From Octopus vulgaris (taxonomy: Eukaryota), in assembly GCA_951406725.2 (NCBI GenBank), contig OX597828.1:40424001-40488000 (forward strand): DNA of 64,000 nucleotides. Reading direction: 5' to 3'. The notes beneath the pieces were generated by a model. That model did not search any database. It saw only the letters and a list, made by a program, of their open reading frames with translations, and was not told the origin of the DNA. Of the stretch, positions 24,837-37,104 are shown piece by piece; within the stretch, counting starts at the first letter, position 1; every line of letters begins with the position of its first letter. Both the position numbers and the translations under genes were made by a program.

Positions 24837-24929
24837 TCCGGGCTACATATGTTTCATAGCAAGCAGAACCTCAGAAGTGGTAAGTATTCAAGTGAGGTGT
24901 GTACTGCAGACTACTCTTCAGGCCAAGGA
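24837..24929 (-). ncRNA. Minimal type-I hammerhead ribozyme motif, apparently intact
   Basis: Minus strand reads GGC-CUGAAGA-[stem II GUAGU..GCAG..ACCUCA/UGAGGU..CUGC..GCUAU]-GAAA-CAUAUG-UA-GCC. All core nucleotides are present, stem III is the palindrome ACAUAUGU, and the cleavage triplet is GUA. Confidence 0.75.
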
Positions 24930-25814
24930 TATCGTGATTAAATGAAAGTTTACATTGTTTCAGGGTGTTGAAAAGTTCCTGGCTTCAACCCATATATGCC
25001 CATAAAAAAATTTCACTGTATTTACATTAAATGCTATGGTAAGATTTCACAATCTGGAAGAGAAGGACAGTATGCAACTGTTAACTACAGGTGTTGACTA
25101 CTTACTGAACATTTTGTATGGTCAGTCAGGTGTTTCCTGACAAGTAGGAGCAGATTTTGCATTGCGAAAATGCAACCAGGGGTATATATGGGTTAAGGTA
25201 TTGTGAAAGCCCTGGTTAGAGGCCAAACCTTCTGAGTTCTTTGACAGGGCTTAGAAAAACTGAAGAACCACTGCAATAAGTGTTTGAATATGAGAAGGGA
25301 ATATGTTGGATAAAATCATAATTAACTGGTTCTCCTGTATTTTCTTTTACCCAAAGTCAGGAATTTTTCAGCTCCACATCGTATTGACAATGGGCTTTAA
25401 CAGTTTCCATCTACCAAATTCACTCACAAGCCACTGACTGCTATAATCTCTAATTGGTGGAAAGATTCAGGGGTGGTGAAGAAAAATGGGAATGATAATG
25501 GGGTGGCCAAAAGGGGGAAACAGATATTAAAATAAATAAATAAATAATGGGTTAAATTAGGTTAAGTTTTATTTGTGAAATACATTTGCTTTGAATTTAC
25601 TGCACACAATGATTAGGGTTTGTGGTGGCAAGTAGGGGGGACAGGCTCACTCGGAATGTAGCTCAAGTTCCAAGGAGACGGAAGCCTGAAAAAATTTGGG
25701 AACCATTGAGTTAAACCTTTCAAGGCAGTGCCTCAGCACAATTGCAATCCACTGATTGAAACAAGGGAAAGAAAAGAGAAGATAAATAGATGGGAGCACA
25801 AAGGGTATACTTAC

Positions 25815-25968
25815 ATGAGATCAGGTCTGAATGTATGTATAAGGGCACACAGTGCCAACCCAGACTTCCAAGAGGAAGTAAAATCTATAATATTTACAGA
25901 CTGGTGTCTACCAGTGTTGAGTACACGCTGGCACCATCGTAGCAATGTGTAGCTGTCAATAAAATCAT
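25815..25968 (-). CDS. MICAL: MICAL coding exon 9 (calponin-homology domain, N-terminal part)
   Basis: (D)[55 protein letters not shown] acceptor, AT|GTAAGT donor. 154 nt, phase 1 to 2. Confidence 0.96.
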
Positions 25969-27787
25969 CTGAAATAACAAAGACAAAACATACTCTTAGA
26001 ATTAACAATAGACACTTCATTTTACCTAAGTAGGGTTAGATTAAGATGTGTGTGTGTGTGTGTTTGAGTCTGTACATGTGTGTGTATGTGTGTGTTTCTT
26101 TGCCTTCTTGAGATAAGTCTAAACAAATTATGAAAAATATATATTTTTTTAATGTAAAATAATTTCATTGTATAGCTCAATTAGATTGTATCTGATTGAA
26201 CGCTTACCTATCTAAGTATCTATCTATCAGTATACACACACACACACATACTATGTGATGTGAGCCAGTATGCACGTGTACATCCCCACCAGTTCTTTTT
26301 TACATATTAAATCATGATAAAACTGTTATCTACACTATTTGAGAAGTATTTGTTGAACATTTCATTAAAAGATATCCATTTGTCTGAAAGTTATGAGAAA
26401 ACAAAGTCGGAGGGATTACACTTTGTGTGAGTATATCTATACATAAAATATTGGATAATATGTTAGATCTGTCTAAATAAAATACAGAATGGTCACTGCT
26501 GAAACAATCTATGATCATTAATTTAGAAGATCAGAATTAACTCGGGGCTAAATAAGACCAACAACCAACACAGGCTTCTCCTTCGGCACACTTATTGTTG
26601 ATCTTATTTGCTGTGCTTATTTCAATTTGAACCTGCCAACTCGTTATACCTGTTTTCCCTCAAAGCCACATTTGCTCTAATTTCCACCAAAATCTTGTAG
26701 TTGTACCAGATTGCTTCAGTTACTTCAATCTATAAATTTGTACTCTCCCCAGTTCTCTCTACTTCTTAATCCCCATACTGTATTTATCACCCACCATACC
26801 TGAATTTTGCAATAAACATAACATTTACTACTTTGTCTTTGTCCTAAAGACCAAGTGATCTGAAGAACCCACCTCTTTAACTTTGTGTCCCCACTAACAA
26901 TACTCTACCCTAGTGTATTCCACAGACATTTTGTAATCTTAACATAATTTTCAGTTTTAGATGCAGCAAATGGTTTTAGCTAAATAGAGGCCATCGATTG
27001 GTTAAAATTCGAAAAATTAAACTACGTTAAACTTACAAATTACAATTTTCTCAAGAAAGCCAAGAGAAAAAAATGTTTTATTTTGACACATTCTACCAGT
27101 ATACGAAGTTTAAAAGTGTTTAGTTAACTAGAAATTGTGTTGAAAACTGCCGTTCAAAGGGAAAAGATCCAAATTGTTTTTATTATAACTGAACATAAAA
27201 CCAAGGATTAATACACATCCACACACACACACACACATTTTCATCACTTTTCCAAGAGTTGGAAAGGACTTAGTGACGCACTGATTATGGTCAAAAGCCC
27301 CTCCTGAAATCAAGTAATGTGTGAGTGTGTTTGTGTGTGTGTGTGTGTGTGCGTGTGTGCATGTATGTACATATATGGATACATGTGCATATCATCATCA
27401 TCATCATCGTTTAGCGTCTGTTTTCCATGCTAGCATGGGTTGGACGGTTCTACTGGGGTCTGTGAAGCCAGAAGGCTTCATCAGGCCCAGTCAAATCTGG
27501 CAGTGTTTCTACGGCTGGATGCCCTTCCTAGCGCCATTTATATATATATATAAAGACTGAGGGATTAATTATAATCTTGGCTATCGCTTCATAAGCACAT
27601 CAAGCAGGACTGAAGCCAGCATAGTGTTCCAAAATCAAAAGGTGATCCATTTGTCTGTTCTGGCATAGTGTCTATAGCTGAATGCCCTTCCTGACACCAA
27701 CCATTTCACAGTGTATTGAGTGCTTTTTACATGGCACCATGTAAATAAAATTAAAATTTAAAAAATATAACCAATTCCTATATTTAC

Positions 27788-27912
27788 CATTTCGCGGCTT
27801 CTTGAGTGGAAGCTCGTTTATTTCATTCTTTAGATATTCATCATCCTCATCACATATATACAATGGACGAACTTGTTCAGATCTAAAATAATTTGAATTT
27901 AGATTGGGGTAC
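27788..27912 (-). CDS. MICAL: MICAL coding exon 8 (end of monooxygenase domain and linker)
   Basis: (R)YPNLNSNYFRSEQVRPLYICDEDDEYLKNEINELPLKKPRN. TTTAG acceptor, G|GTAAAT donor. 125 nt, phase 2 to 1. Confidence 0.93.
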
Positions 27913-30410
27913 CTAAAAAAAAGAAAGAGAAAATAAAGCATTTGTATTATATACACACACACAATAATGTCTACTAACACAGTGTGATTATAATGAACAT
28001 CTAGGTGACTACTGTATGCATACTTCTCCTTTTCACTTTCTTTCTTTCTCTCAGTCAGCCTCTCTTTCTCTCTCTCTCTCTCTCCCCACACACACATGCA
28101 CATCTAGATGTACAAGACAGAGATGAAATAAGTTATAAATCCATTAGGATGTTGGCGAATCCCTTGAAGATTATCTTCCTGCCCAGTATCTAATGAAAAC
28201 TCCTCCTTTACTAAGTCATATCTCATGGGACCTATTTTCAAACACAGTACCACAAACTATAAAGTTGCATTCTCACTACACCAACAAAAGCCAACAATCG
28301 ATTTAACACCTCTTTTACTCTTTTACTTGTTTCAGTCAAGCAAATCGACCCTGGGACTTATTCTATCGGTCTCTTTTGCTGAACTGCTAAGTGACGGGGA
28401 CGTAAACACACCAGTATCAGTTGTCAAGCAATGCTAGGGGGACAAACACACAAACATACATATATATATATATATACATATATACGACAGGCTTCTTTCA
28501 GTTTCCGTCTACCAAATCCACTCACAAGGCATTGGTTGGCCTAAGGCTATAGCAGAAGACACTTGCCCAAGATGCCATGCAGTGGGACTGAACCCGGAAC
28601 CATGTGGTTGGTGATTACTTTTTCTTTCCTATTTTTAATGTTGCATGAATGGAACATTTCAATCTTTACCTTTTATCTTTTATGTATTTCAGTCATTGGA
28701 CTGTGGCCATGCTAGAGCACCATCTTAAAGGGTTTAGTCAAATAACTTGATCCCAGGACTTATTTTTAAATTTAATATTTATTCTATTGGTCTCATTTGC
28801 CAAACTAACTTATGGGGATGTAAACAAACCAAGCAGTGAGTGGAAGGAGGTGGACAAACACAAAGACACACATACATATATATATGCATGTATGTGGTAG
28901 GTTTCCACATAGTTTCTGCCTTCCAAATTCACACACAAGGTATTTGGTCAGCCCAGGGCTGTAGCAGAAGATAGTTGCCCAAGGTACCACCCAGTGGGAC
29001 TGAACCAAAGCCGTGCAGTTGCAAAGCAAGCTTCTTAACCACACATCCATGTCTGTACCTAAAAACATCAAATCTAAAGTGAATTTCATGAAAACAATTT
29101 CTGCAAACAGGACTTTTAAAATATACAAAGGATGCTGGCTGAAGATACCTGACTAAATAATAACTGATTTCAAATTCTGACACAAGGCCAGCAAGTTCAG
29201 TAAAGGGAGAAAGTTGATTACATTGATCCTAGTATGCAAATGGTACATATTTTATCGACCGCAAAAGGATGAAACACAAAGTAAACCTCAGTGGAATTTG
29301 AACTCAGAATGTGAAGAAAGATGAACTCAAATGGTTGACATACATTAAGTACCATAATCCCTTCTCTCTATCATCCCTACAACATTAATGGCATCTTCCG
29401 TCTATAAACTGCAGTTATATTCTTTTCTACTCTAGACACAAAGCCCAAAATTTTTGGAGAGAGAGGGTGCAGTCAATTAGATCAATCCCAGTCTGCAACT
29501 GGTACTTAATTTATCGACCACAAAAGGATGAAAGGCAAAGTCAACCTCGGTAGAATTTGAACTCAAAACGTGAAGACAGGTGAACTCAAATGGATGACAT
29601 GTGTTAAGTACTACTCTCTCTTCTCTCTATCATCCCTACAGCAATTATGGTATCGTCCTTCTATAAACTGCAGTTATATTCACGCAAGATATTTATTTAT
29701 AATAATCCATTTGCTTGCATTATTATTTTCTAGAGAAAAGAAATCGCCTTCCTGCCTGTTTCCATCAAGGGCTGACCAATTATCAATAAATAGCAAGAGA
29801 CATAATCTGCACTAATATTATTGAATTTAGGTCATGGGAGAACTTGTGCAGGTTAAGCATGCAGTTGCAACCCTTTGGGGGGGGCGGGAAATAAGCAATC
29901 AAAAACATTAATTAAATAACTTCTCTCGTCTGTTATAGAAGGGAAATAGTAGATAAATGTGTGTTTTGCATCAGAAATAAAGTGAAAGAGTGCAACAATA
30001 AAAAGTAAACCAAGAGTTCAAACAGCCAACTTGTATTATGAAAATGTTAGGGAATATTTATTGGTGTTTTTTTTCCATATTTTTTGCTAGTCAGATATTG
30101 ATGGGTGGTACTACTCATGACCTTTTTAACCTTTCTAGATTGCAGATGCCTATCCTGAATGTCTACAGATCAATGTCTGCCTGAATAAAAAATACTGATG
30201 GAGAGAGAGGAAAGTCGGAAGAATTGAACTGGGGCTGGTCTGAAAATCTGCAACAGAGTGAACACTGCTAAGGACACACAAGAAAAGGGGAACCAGTTGA
30301 GTCTGTTAATCTGGTAGAAGCTAACAGTCAGCTAAAGCAAGATAATACTGGAACCATTCAGGACCCTTGCAGGAAACTGCACCACCTCCACACTACACTA
30401 AACTCTACAC

Positions 30411-30531
30411 CAGGGTTCCCCAACCCCAAAGCCAAGGACCAGTAATGAGCTACATAGAAAGAATAAATTTTCAAATTTTATTTCTACTTTATTGACTATC
30501 ACAGTCTGCAAGGTGGTTTGCATTATACATG

Positions 30532-30569
<38 letters not shown>

Positions 30570-30995
30570 TATCTGGCCCCATGCCATCAAAAATGATGGC
30601 TAACTGTAGTATTTCATATATATAAATATGGATGGTAAATCAAGTTAATACACTTGTCAATGTTCACATACATTCACATACTTCCCTCGTACACGCACAC
30701 ACATGTATACATATACACACACACACACAGAGTTGAAACGCTGTTTGATTTTTCTTTTCAGCGTTGAATGTTTACCATCCCACCAGTGTGCCATCCCTCC
30801 TTCCACCCGCTTCCTTTCTCATTCATATGTTGCGACGGAGAAAAACACAAGAGTATTATTACAGTAGATTGCATATGTAATAATCAAATCGTATATTATG
30901 CACTTTATTATGTTTTGTTATGCGTGGGATCCCCTGGTCTGTGGAAAAATTGTGTTTGCATGAAACTGGTCAGTGACGCAAAAAAGATTGGCTGC
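30411..30995. mobile_element. hAT/Charlie (MER1-like) non-autonomous element
   Basis: Left end CTCTACAC|CAGGGTTCCCCAACCCC. Right end GGTCTGTGGAAAAATTGTGTTTGCATGAAACTGGTCAGTGACGCAAAAAAGATTGG resembles MER1/Charlie3 termini as I recall them (not searched). Confidence 0.55.
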
Positions 30996-31697
30996 ATGCA
31001 ATTTTCCATTATACTGCACAATGCAATACTACAATATATTGCACTTTGATTACAACAACACTGCACTGTGCTTCATTCACTGCATTACACTGCTTCACAT
31101 TAGCCAAGAAAGAGCTTCTATGTATGTATGTCTGTGCACACGTTTTGTGTGTGTGTGTACATGTTTGTATATGAACATCTATGTGTTATGGTCTGTTTGC
31201 ATGTTTGTGCGTGAATGTCTATGTATATCTATGTGTATATGTCTATGCACATGCATCTGTGCACATATGACTGCATGAATATATGTGCATTTGCCTCTGT
31301 GTGTGTTTATCTGTGTGCATATATTTGCATGTTTGTGTGTGCATGCATCTGTGAGCATACACTTATGTGCATACGTCTGTGTGTATATGTCTACATGTGT
31401 GTACATCTATATGCGAATGTCTATGTGAGAATACCTATATATGTTTTTATGTGTGAGTGATTGTGTGTGTGTGTGAGAGAGAGAGAAAGTATATAAAAAC
31501 AAAGTTCACTAAACAGAAGAGCAATAATTAATTTTCCTCTGAAGAAATGGCCAGACAGGATTTGAAAGACCAACTGATGGGAAAAATATTGAGCAGCCTG
31601 AGATTTGGTTTCTGTTTTTTAACAGGAAATTAAAGAAATTCAAAATATGCATGTGTGTGTGTGTGTGTGTGCAATATAAATATAAAGCTTCACATAC

Positions 31698-31903
31698 CTA
31701 GTGTTGGGGTCAATTGTGTATAAATTATAGTTCTTGTTGATATTCTCTGGCTTTGTCTGAGAGAGTAATCGGTAGATGCTCTCGCGCTCAGCTATTACTT
31801 GCAGTGGAGTCAACTTGCCTCCTGCCCAGCTTCGTATCATCCAAGCTGAATCGAGGGCACTAAGAAATCCACGTGCACAACCAGATCCAGTCGGCCAGAA
31901 AGG
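31698..31903 (-). CDS. MICAL: MICAL coding exon 7
   Basis: [26 protein letters not shown]...[36 protein letters not shown](R). TTCAG acceptor, AG|GTATGT donor. 206 nt, phase 0 to 2. Confidence 0.97.
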
Positions 31904-32507
31904 CTGAAAAATATTTTTGAAAGAGAAAATTAAGAAAGGCAATTAGAAATATAATAATAAACATAATATATTGCATCTTTTACTGTTTATCTTTTATTTG
32001 TTTCAGTTGTTGGATCACGACCATGCTGGTGCACCTCCTGAATTGACCCTGGTACTTATTTGGGTTTTTTTAATGTTTTTTTTTAAAGCCTGGTCTCTTT
32101 TGCTGAACCACTACATTATGGAAATGCCACACACCAACAAACATAGACACAATGACACACAAACACATGTGTCCCGCCCCCATGTGTGTGTGATGATCGT
32201 CTTTCAGTTTCTGTCCACCAAATCCACTTACAAGGCTTTGGTCAGCTCAAGGTACTATGCAATAGAACACAACCCAAAACCATATGGTTGGGTAACACAC
32301 TTCTTACCACAGACTTACCTGCACCTATATATATATATACGTATAAGCACAGGAGTGGCTATGTGGTAAGTAGCTTGCTTATCAACCACATGGTTCTGGG
32401 TTCAGTCCCACTGTGTGGCACCTTGGGCAAGTGTCTTCTACTATAGCCTCGGGCTGACCAAAGCCTTGTGAGTGGATTTGGTAGGTGGAAACTGAATGAA
32501 GCTAGTC

Positions 32508-32552
<45 letters not shown>

Positions 32553-33128
32553 TGTATATATTTGTGTGTCTGTATTTGTCCCCGATGCTGGTGTGTTTAC
32601 ATCCCCGTCATTTAGTGGTTCAGCAAGAGAGACCGATAGAATAACTACTAGGTTTACAAAGAATAAGTCCTGGGGTCGATTTGCTTGACTAAAGGCGGTG
32701 CTCTAGCATGACCGCAGTTGAATGACTTAAACAAATAAAAGAATACAAGAATAAAAAGAATATATACACACACACACACAACAATAATCTGGTATAATAT
32801 AATAATAATTAGAAATACAGCGGTAACATTTTGCAATAGAGTATGCATGGATGTATGGAATGGTGTATGGTGTTTGTGTTGGAGTTGAGCTTTGTGTGTG
32901 AATGAGAGTATGCATGTGTATGTTGGAAGGTGAGTGTGTGTGTGTGTGTGTGTGTGTGTAGTGGTGGTGGTTAGGGATGTGTATGTGAATGTATGTGTTA
33001 ATGCAGTTGTGTGCATATGTGTGAATTGGTGCACGTGGGTATGTTGGAGTATGTATGAATGAGGGTATGCATGTAAATGGAATGCACATAACCAGATATG
33101 TATGGACATCTACTTCCTCATCAATCAA

Positions 33129-33533
33129 GGCGCAGGAGTGGCTGTGTGGTAAGTAGCTTGTCTACCAACCACATGGTTCTGGGTTCAGTCCCACTGCGTG
33201 GCACCTTGGGCAAGTGTCTTCTACTATAGCCTCGGGCCGACCAAAGCCTTGTGAGTGGATTTGGTAGACGGAAATCGAAAGAAGCCTGTCGTATATATGT
33301 ATATATATATGTGTGTGTGTGTTTGTGTGTCTGTGTTTGTTCCCCTAGCATTGCTTGACAACCGATGCTGGTGTGTTTATGTCCCTGTTACTTAGCGGTT
33401 CGGCAAAAGAGACCGATAGAATAAGTACTAGGCTTACAAAAGAATAAGTCCCGGGGTCAAGTTGCTCGATTAAAAGGCGGTGCTCCAGCATGGCCGCAGT
33501 CAAATGACTGAAACAAGTAAAAGAGTAAAAGAA
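33129..33533 (+). mobile_element. Abundant tRNA-derived SINE (GGCGCAGGAGTGGCTGTGTGG head, (AGTAAAAG)n tail), representative copy
   Basis: Near-identical copies at about 4345-4712 (+), 11139-11475 (-), 20990-21240 (-), 28311-28612 (-), 28670-29055 (-), 31977-32325 (-), 32346-32760 (+), 45936-46700 (+), 49978-50262 (+), 54771-55160 (+), 60830-61195 (-) and 63284-63690 (+). A/B-box-like head and CCTTGGGCAAG core. Confidence 0.85.
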
Positions 33534-33582
33534 TCTATGTGTAAATATAGTGATGCAAACATGTGTGTGTGTGTGTGTGTGC

Positions 33583-33639
<57 letters not shown>

Positions 33640-33757
33640 CAGACAAGTTTAAAACAATACAGCTTTCACGTAATTACATGTAACTGAAATGGAAACAAGA
33701 AGCAGAGGGCAAAAGGTTTCAAACCAAGCAGAGCAAATTCATTTACCCGTAACTCAC

Positions 33758-34015
33758 CTCCAATAAACTATCTCCCACTAACGCCATAATCATTCTATGA
33801 TTATGTTTACTTAAAACACGACATGCGTTCTCTGCTTGAAAAAGGGAAGTAAAATCGAACATGGCCACATCTGCTTGCCCATAGTGGTTGACCGCATAAT
33901 CCATGTGAGGCAGCTGGTGGTTTGTAGAAAAATCAGCTGCTTCTCTGGCATAAGTTAATAATGCTTCTTGGTCAACGTTGGACCGTGACAAGAGTGAACC
34001 AGTGTCAGAATAATC
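33758..34015 (-). CDS. MICAL: MICAL coding exon 6 (GD motif)
   Basis: [31 protein letters not shown]...DVAMFDFTS...[14 protein letters not shown] acceptor, GAG|GTGAGT donor. 258 nt, phase 0. Confidence 0.97.
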
Positions 34016-34109
34016 CTGGGAAAGATGGAAAAAAATATATACAATTATTAAAAAAATAATTAATAGTGACAGAAGCTGTATTGATACCCAAGTGTAATAT
34101 GTATCTCCA

Positions 34110-34288
34110 CTTAAAAGTGGAAAATTGTGTCTGAACACAATGCTGTGACAGTTACCATGAGAGACCCTTGCATATGGTTTTGTGGAGCAGATAAAAGAGA
34201 ATGCTTATATGCACTACAAGTCCACGAGAGGTTTTCTCATGGTAACTGTCACAGTTTTCTGTGTTCTGACACAACATTCACTTTTAAG
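34110..34288. repeat. Imperfect inverted repeat (arms about 60 bp, loop about 60 nt)
   Basis: CTTAAAAGTG...CTGTGACAGTTACCATGAGAGACC pairs with GGTTTTCTCATGGTAACTGTCACAG...CACTTTTAAG. Confidence 0.85.
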
Positions 34289-34835
34289 CCGGAATAAATA
34301 ACATTATTATTTATTATTATTGGCATCATAAGAGTTTATGAACTTAGAGAGAACAGGAAATAATTCTTATTTGGAAAGGTAGAATTCAACACAGACAAAG
34401 CTTTCCAAGCAAGGTAATATTTCCCCAATGACCAGACATGTTTTCATGGAGGATTGGGCAACAAACAAACACTGCTTGTATGATGGTGATGCTAATACGC
34501 AACTATCACATAATATATATATATCAAGTAAAGGTAATAAATGTCATTAAGTTGGATTATAAATCCAGTGAAAATATCGGTCAAAAGTTACCCTCCTTCA
34601 ATCTATAGAAAGATCAGCAAAAGGTAAACACATGAACCGTGGTTCATATATATATATTTAAAGAATAAGGACAAAATGGAGAGGTAATAAAATTATTTAT
34701 TAATTGTAGTGAAATACCGTTGACATTTCTAGAAGACAGTAAACACATGAACCGTGTCCATATATATATTTAAAGAATTCAGAAATCTTTATATCAGAAA
34801 TTAATTAATTTATAAAATTAAAATCATATTCTTAC

Positions 34836-34920
34836 TACCTCTGAAGAGATTCATCTTATAATGATTTTAATTTTATAAATTAATTATCTAAAGATTTCTG
34901 AATCGAAACAGCTGTCAGAG
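34836..34920 (+). ncRNA. Minimal type-I hammerhead motif (core intact, stem I weak)
   Basis: CUGAAGA (34841-47), stem II GAUUCA/UGAAUC, GAAA (34905-08), palindromic stem III ACAGCUGU, GUC triplet. Only about 2 bp of stem I. Confidence 0.6.
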
Positions 34921-35818
34921 ATATTGTCCTATTTTATAATTAATAAATAATTTATTAATTACCTCTCCATTTTCTTCCTTACTCTTTATATTTATATATA
35001 TATATATATGTGTGTGTGTGTTGTAGTGGAAATGGTACATTCCTTCCAAAGGACAAGTGATGTAAACCAGCCACTATGAAGTGAGACGACATCAAACAGT
35101 ACAGGGAGTTGTGTATCAGTTGTTGTAGAGTTGTTATACAAGTTCTCAATTTGAGTTACGTGTTATAGTCAAGGTAGATGGTTCATAGTTGGTCTCTTGC
35201 AGAGCTATCTGCGATAGCATGATAGACAAAGCAGTGTATTACCATTCCAGTATAGAAGAGATACATTGTATCTGATACCAAGAAAATATTGCGGGCACTA
35301 GAGTAGATACAACAGTCACAGTCATAACGGTGGCCACACATTATAACTGTGGAAAACACATCATAATGATAGATAGATATATGCATGCATACATATACAT
35401 AATTTTTTTTTTTGCAGAACACTGGAAAGGAATGACACTGCTTGTAAGACAGTGACACTCATTTACAACTATCTTTCTTTTTCACACACACACACACAAT
35501 CTCTCTCTCTCCCCTAGCTCTCTCAGGCATAAATTTCACTCTCCCTCCTCCTCTCTCTTTTACACTCTCTTCTCACTCCCCTTCCCCATTTACACCTTTT
35601 CTCCCTCCCCTTCTCTCTCACACTCTCCCTCCCCCTCTCACTCTTTTACTCTCCTTCTCTCACTCTCTCCCATCCCTCTCTTTTACACTCTCCTCTCACT
35701 CTTTCACTCCCCCTCTCTCTTACACTCCTTCTCTCCCTCTCCCCTCTCTCAAACTCTCCATCTCTCACTCGCTCCCCTCTCTCTACCCCACAGAAGACCA
35801 TCCCTGCCAAAAACTTAC

Positions 35819-36075
35819 ATGCTTCAAAACGCCTTTATCAAGCAGGCTCTGTTTCTTCGCTGTCATAACAAAATAATGTGTGGCGTCTTTATAGTAGACG
35901 ATGTTCTCAAGGTCAATACCAGTCTTTTCCTTAAGCTGATGAAAGAACTTTTGATTGTAAATAAATGCAACTCCACTGATTTCCTCTACTCGAGCCTCAG
36001 CTTGTGTGTTTCGGTTGATGAAGTTTGCTGTCACAGCAATGGCCAGTTTGCCTCGGAATTCTTTTCTCTGAAACC
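35819..36075 (-). CDS. MICAL: MICAL coding exon 5
   Basis: (G)[44 protein letters not shown]...[40 protein letters not shown] acceptor, CAT|GTAAGT donor. 257 nt, phase 1 to 0. Confidence 0.97.
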
Positions 36076-36352
36076 CTACAAGATGAGGAATCACAAAGAG
36101 AGAAGCAGATTGAATGTTAGAAAGTTTCTGTAATTCAGGTAGAGATAGGTGTAAAAAAAAAAAAAAAACCTAGACAGACAGATAGATAGGCAGATAGATA
36201 GGAAGGTGTGGAGAGAGAGGAAGGGAGAGAAGGAAGGAAGGAAGGGAGGAAGGAAGGAAGGAAGGAAGGAAAAGAAAAAAGAAAGGGAGAAAGGCCATCA
36301 GTGTTAGAGAGGTAAGTAAACAGACATGTAGACAGATAGATAAATAGAGACT

Positions 36353-37073
36353 TATGGATATAGAGAAACAGAGAGCAAAACCTGGTAAAGTGATTTGCTT
36401 CATGAATTTTAAATTCTGTAAGGTTACTGAAAGTCATTCATCGATTTTGCAGCTGTGTACGTGTGTGTATGTATGTATGTATGTATGTATGTGGTGTGTG
36501 TATGTAAGTATGTATGCACATACATATATATATATATATGCCAGTTGGTGCACACAAGCTTTATGTTTGCTGGCTCCTACAGAACTTTTGTTATAGTTGT
36601 ATAATGGTTTTTGGAGTTAGATGCCCTTCCTCTCACTGGCCAATATACAATATTAAAGAGGCTGTGGCAGATATATTTGGCAGAGTTCCAAACACCTAAG
36701 AATTGAAATTGGATTACTATATTCCAATGACAAGCACTTTGTTAGCAAACAGTTGACCAATTAAAGAAATTATTGTTAACATGAACGTGATTTGTTCAAT
36801 TATTGATGATGTCAGCAAATAGCTGACCACTTGGAATTCTGGCAGAACAAGATGTCATTAGCAATTTGTTTTTGATGCTCTTTTCCCTTAATAGAAACAC
36901 TATCTGTACACTAGCTACCAGTGATGGTACATGCTTTAAGTCAGCTACTAGTACAGAAACAACTACAACAGCTGTTTTTCATCAATCACAACTGTTGAAC
37001 GATTTAACAGGTGTAAACATTTTTTTTTTTCTGCCATTGGTTGCAATTGCAATACATTGATTTGTTTAACAGT

Positions 37074-37104
<31 letters not shown>

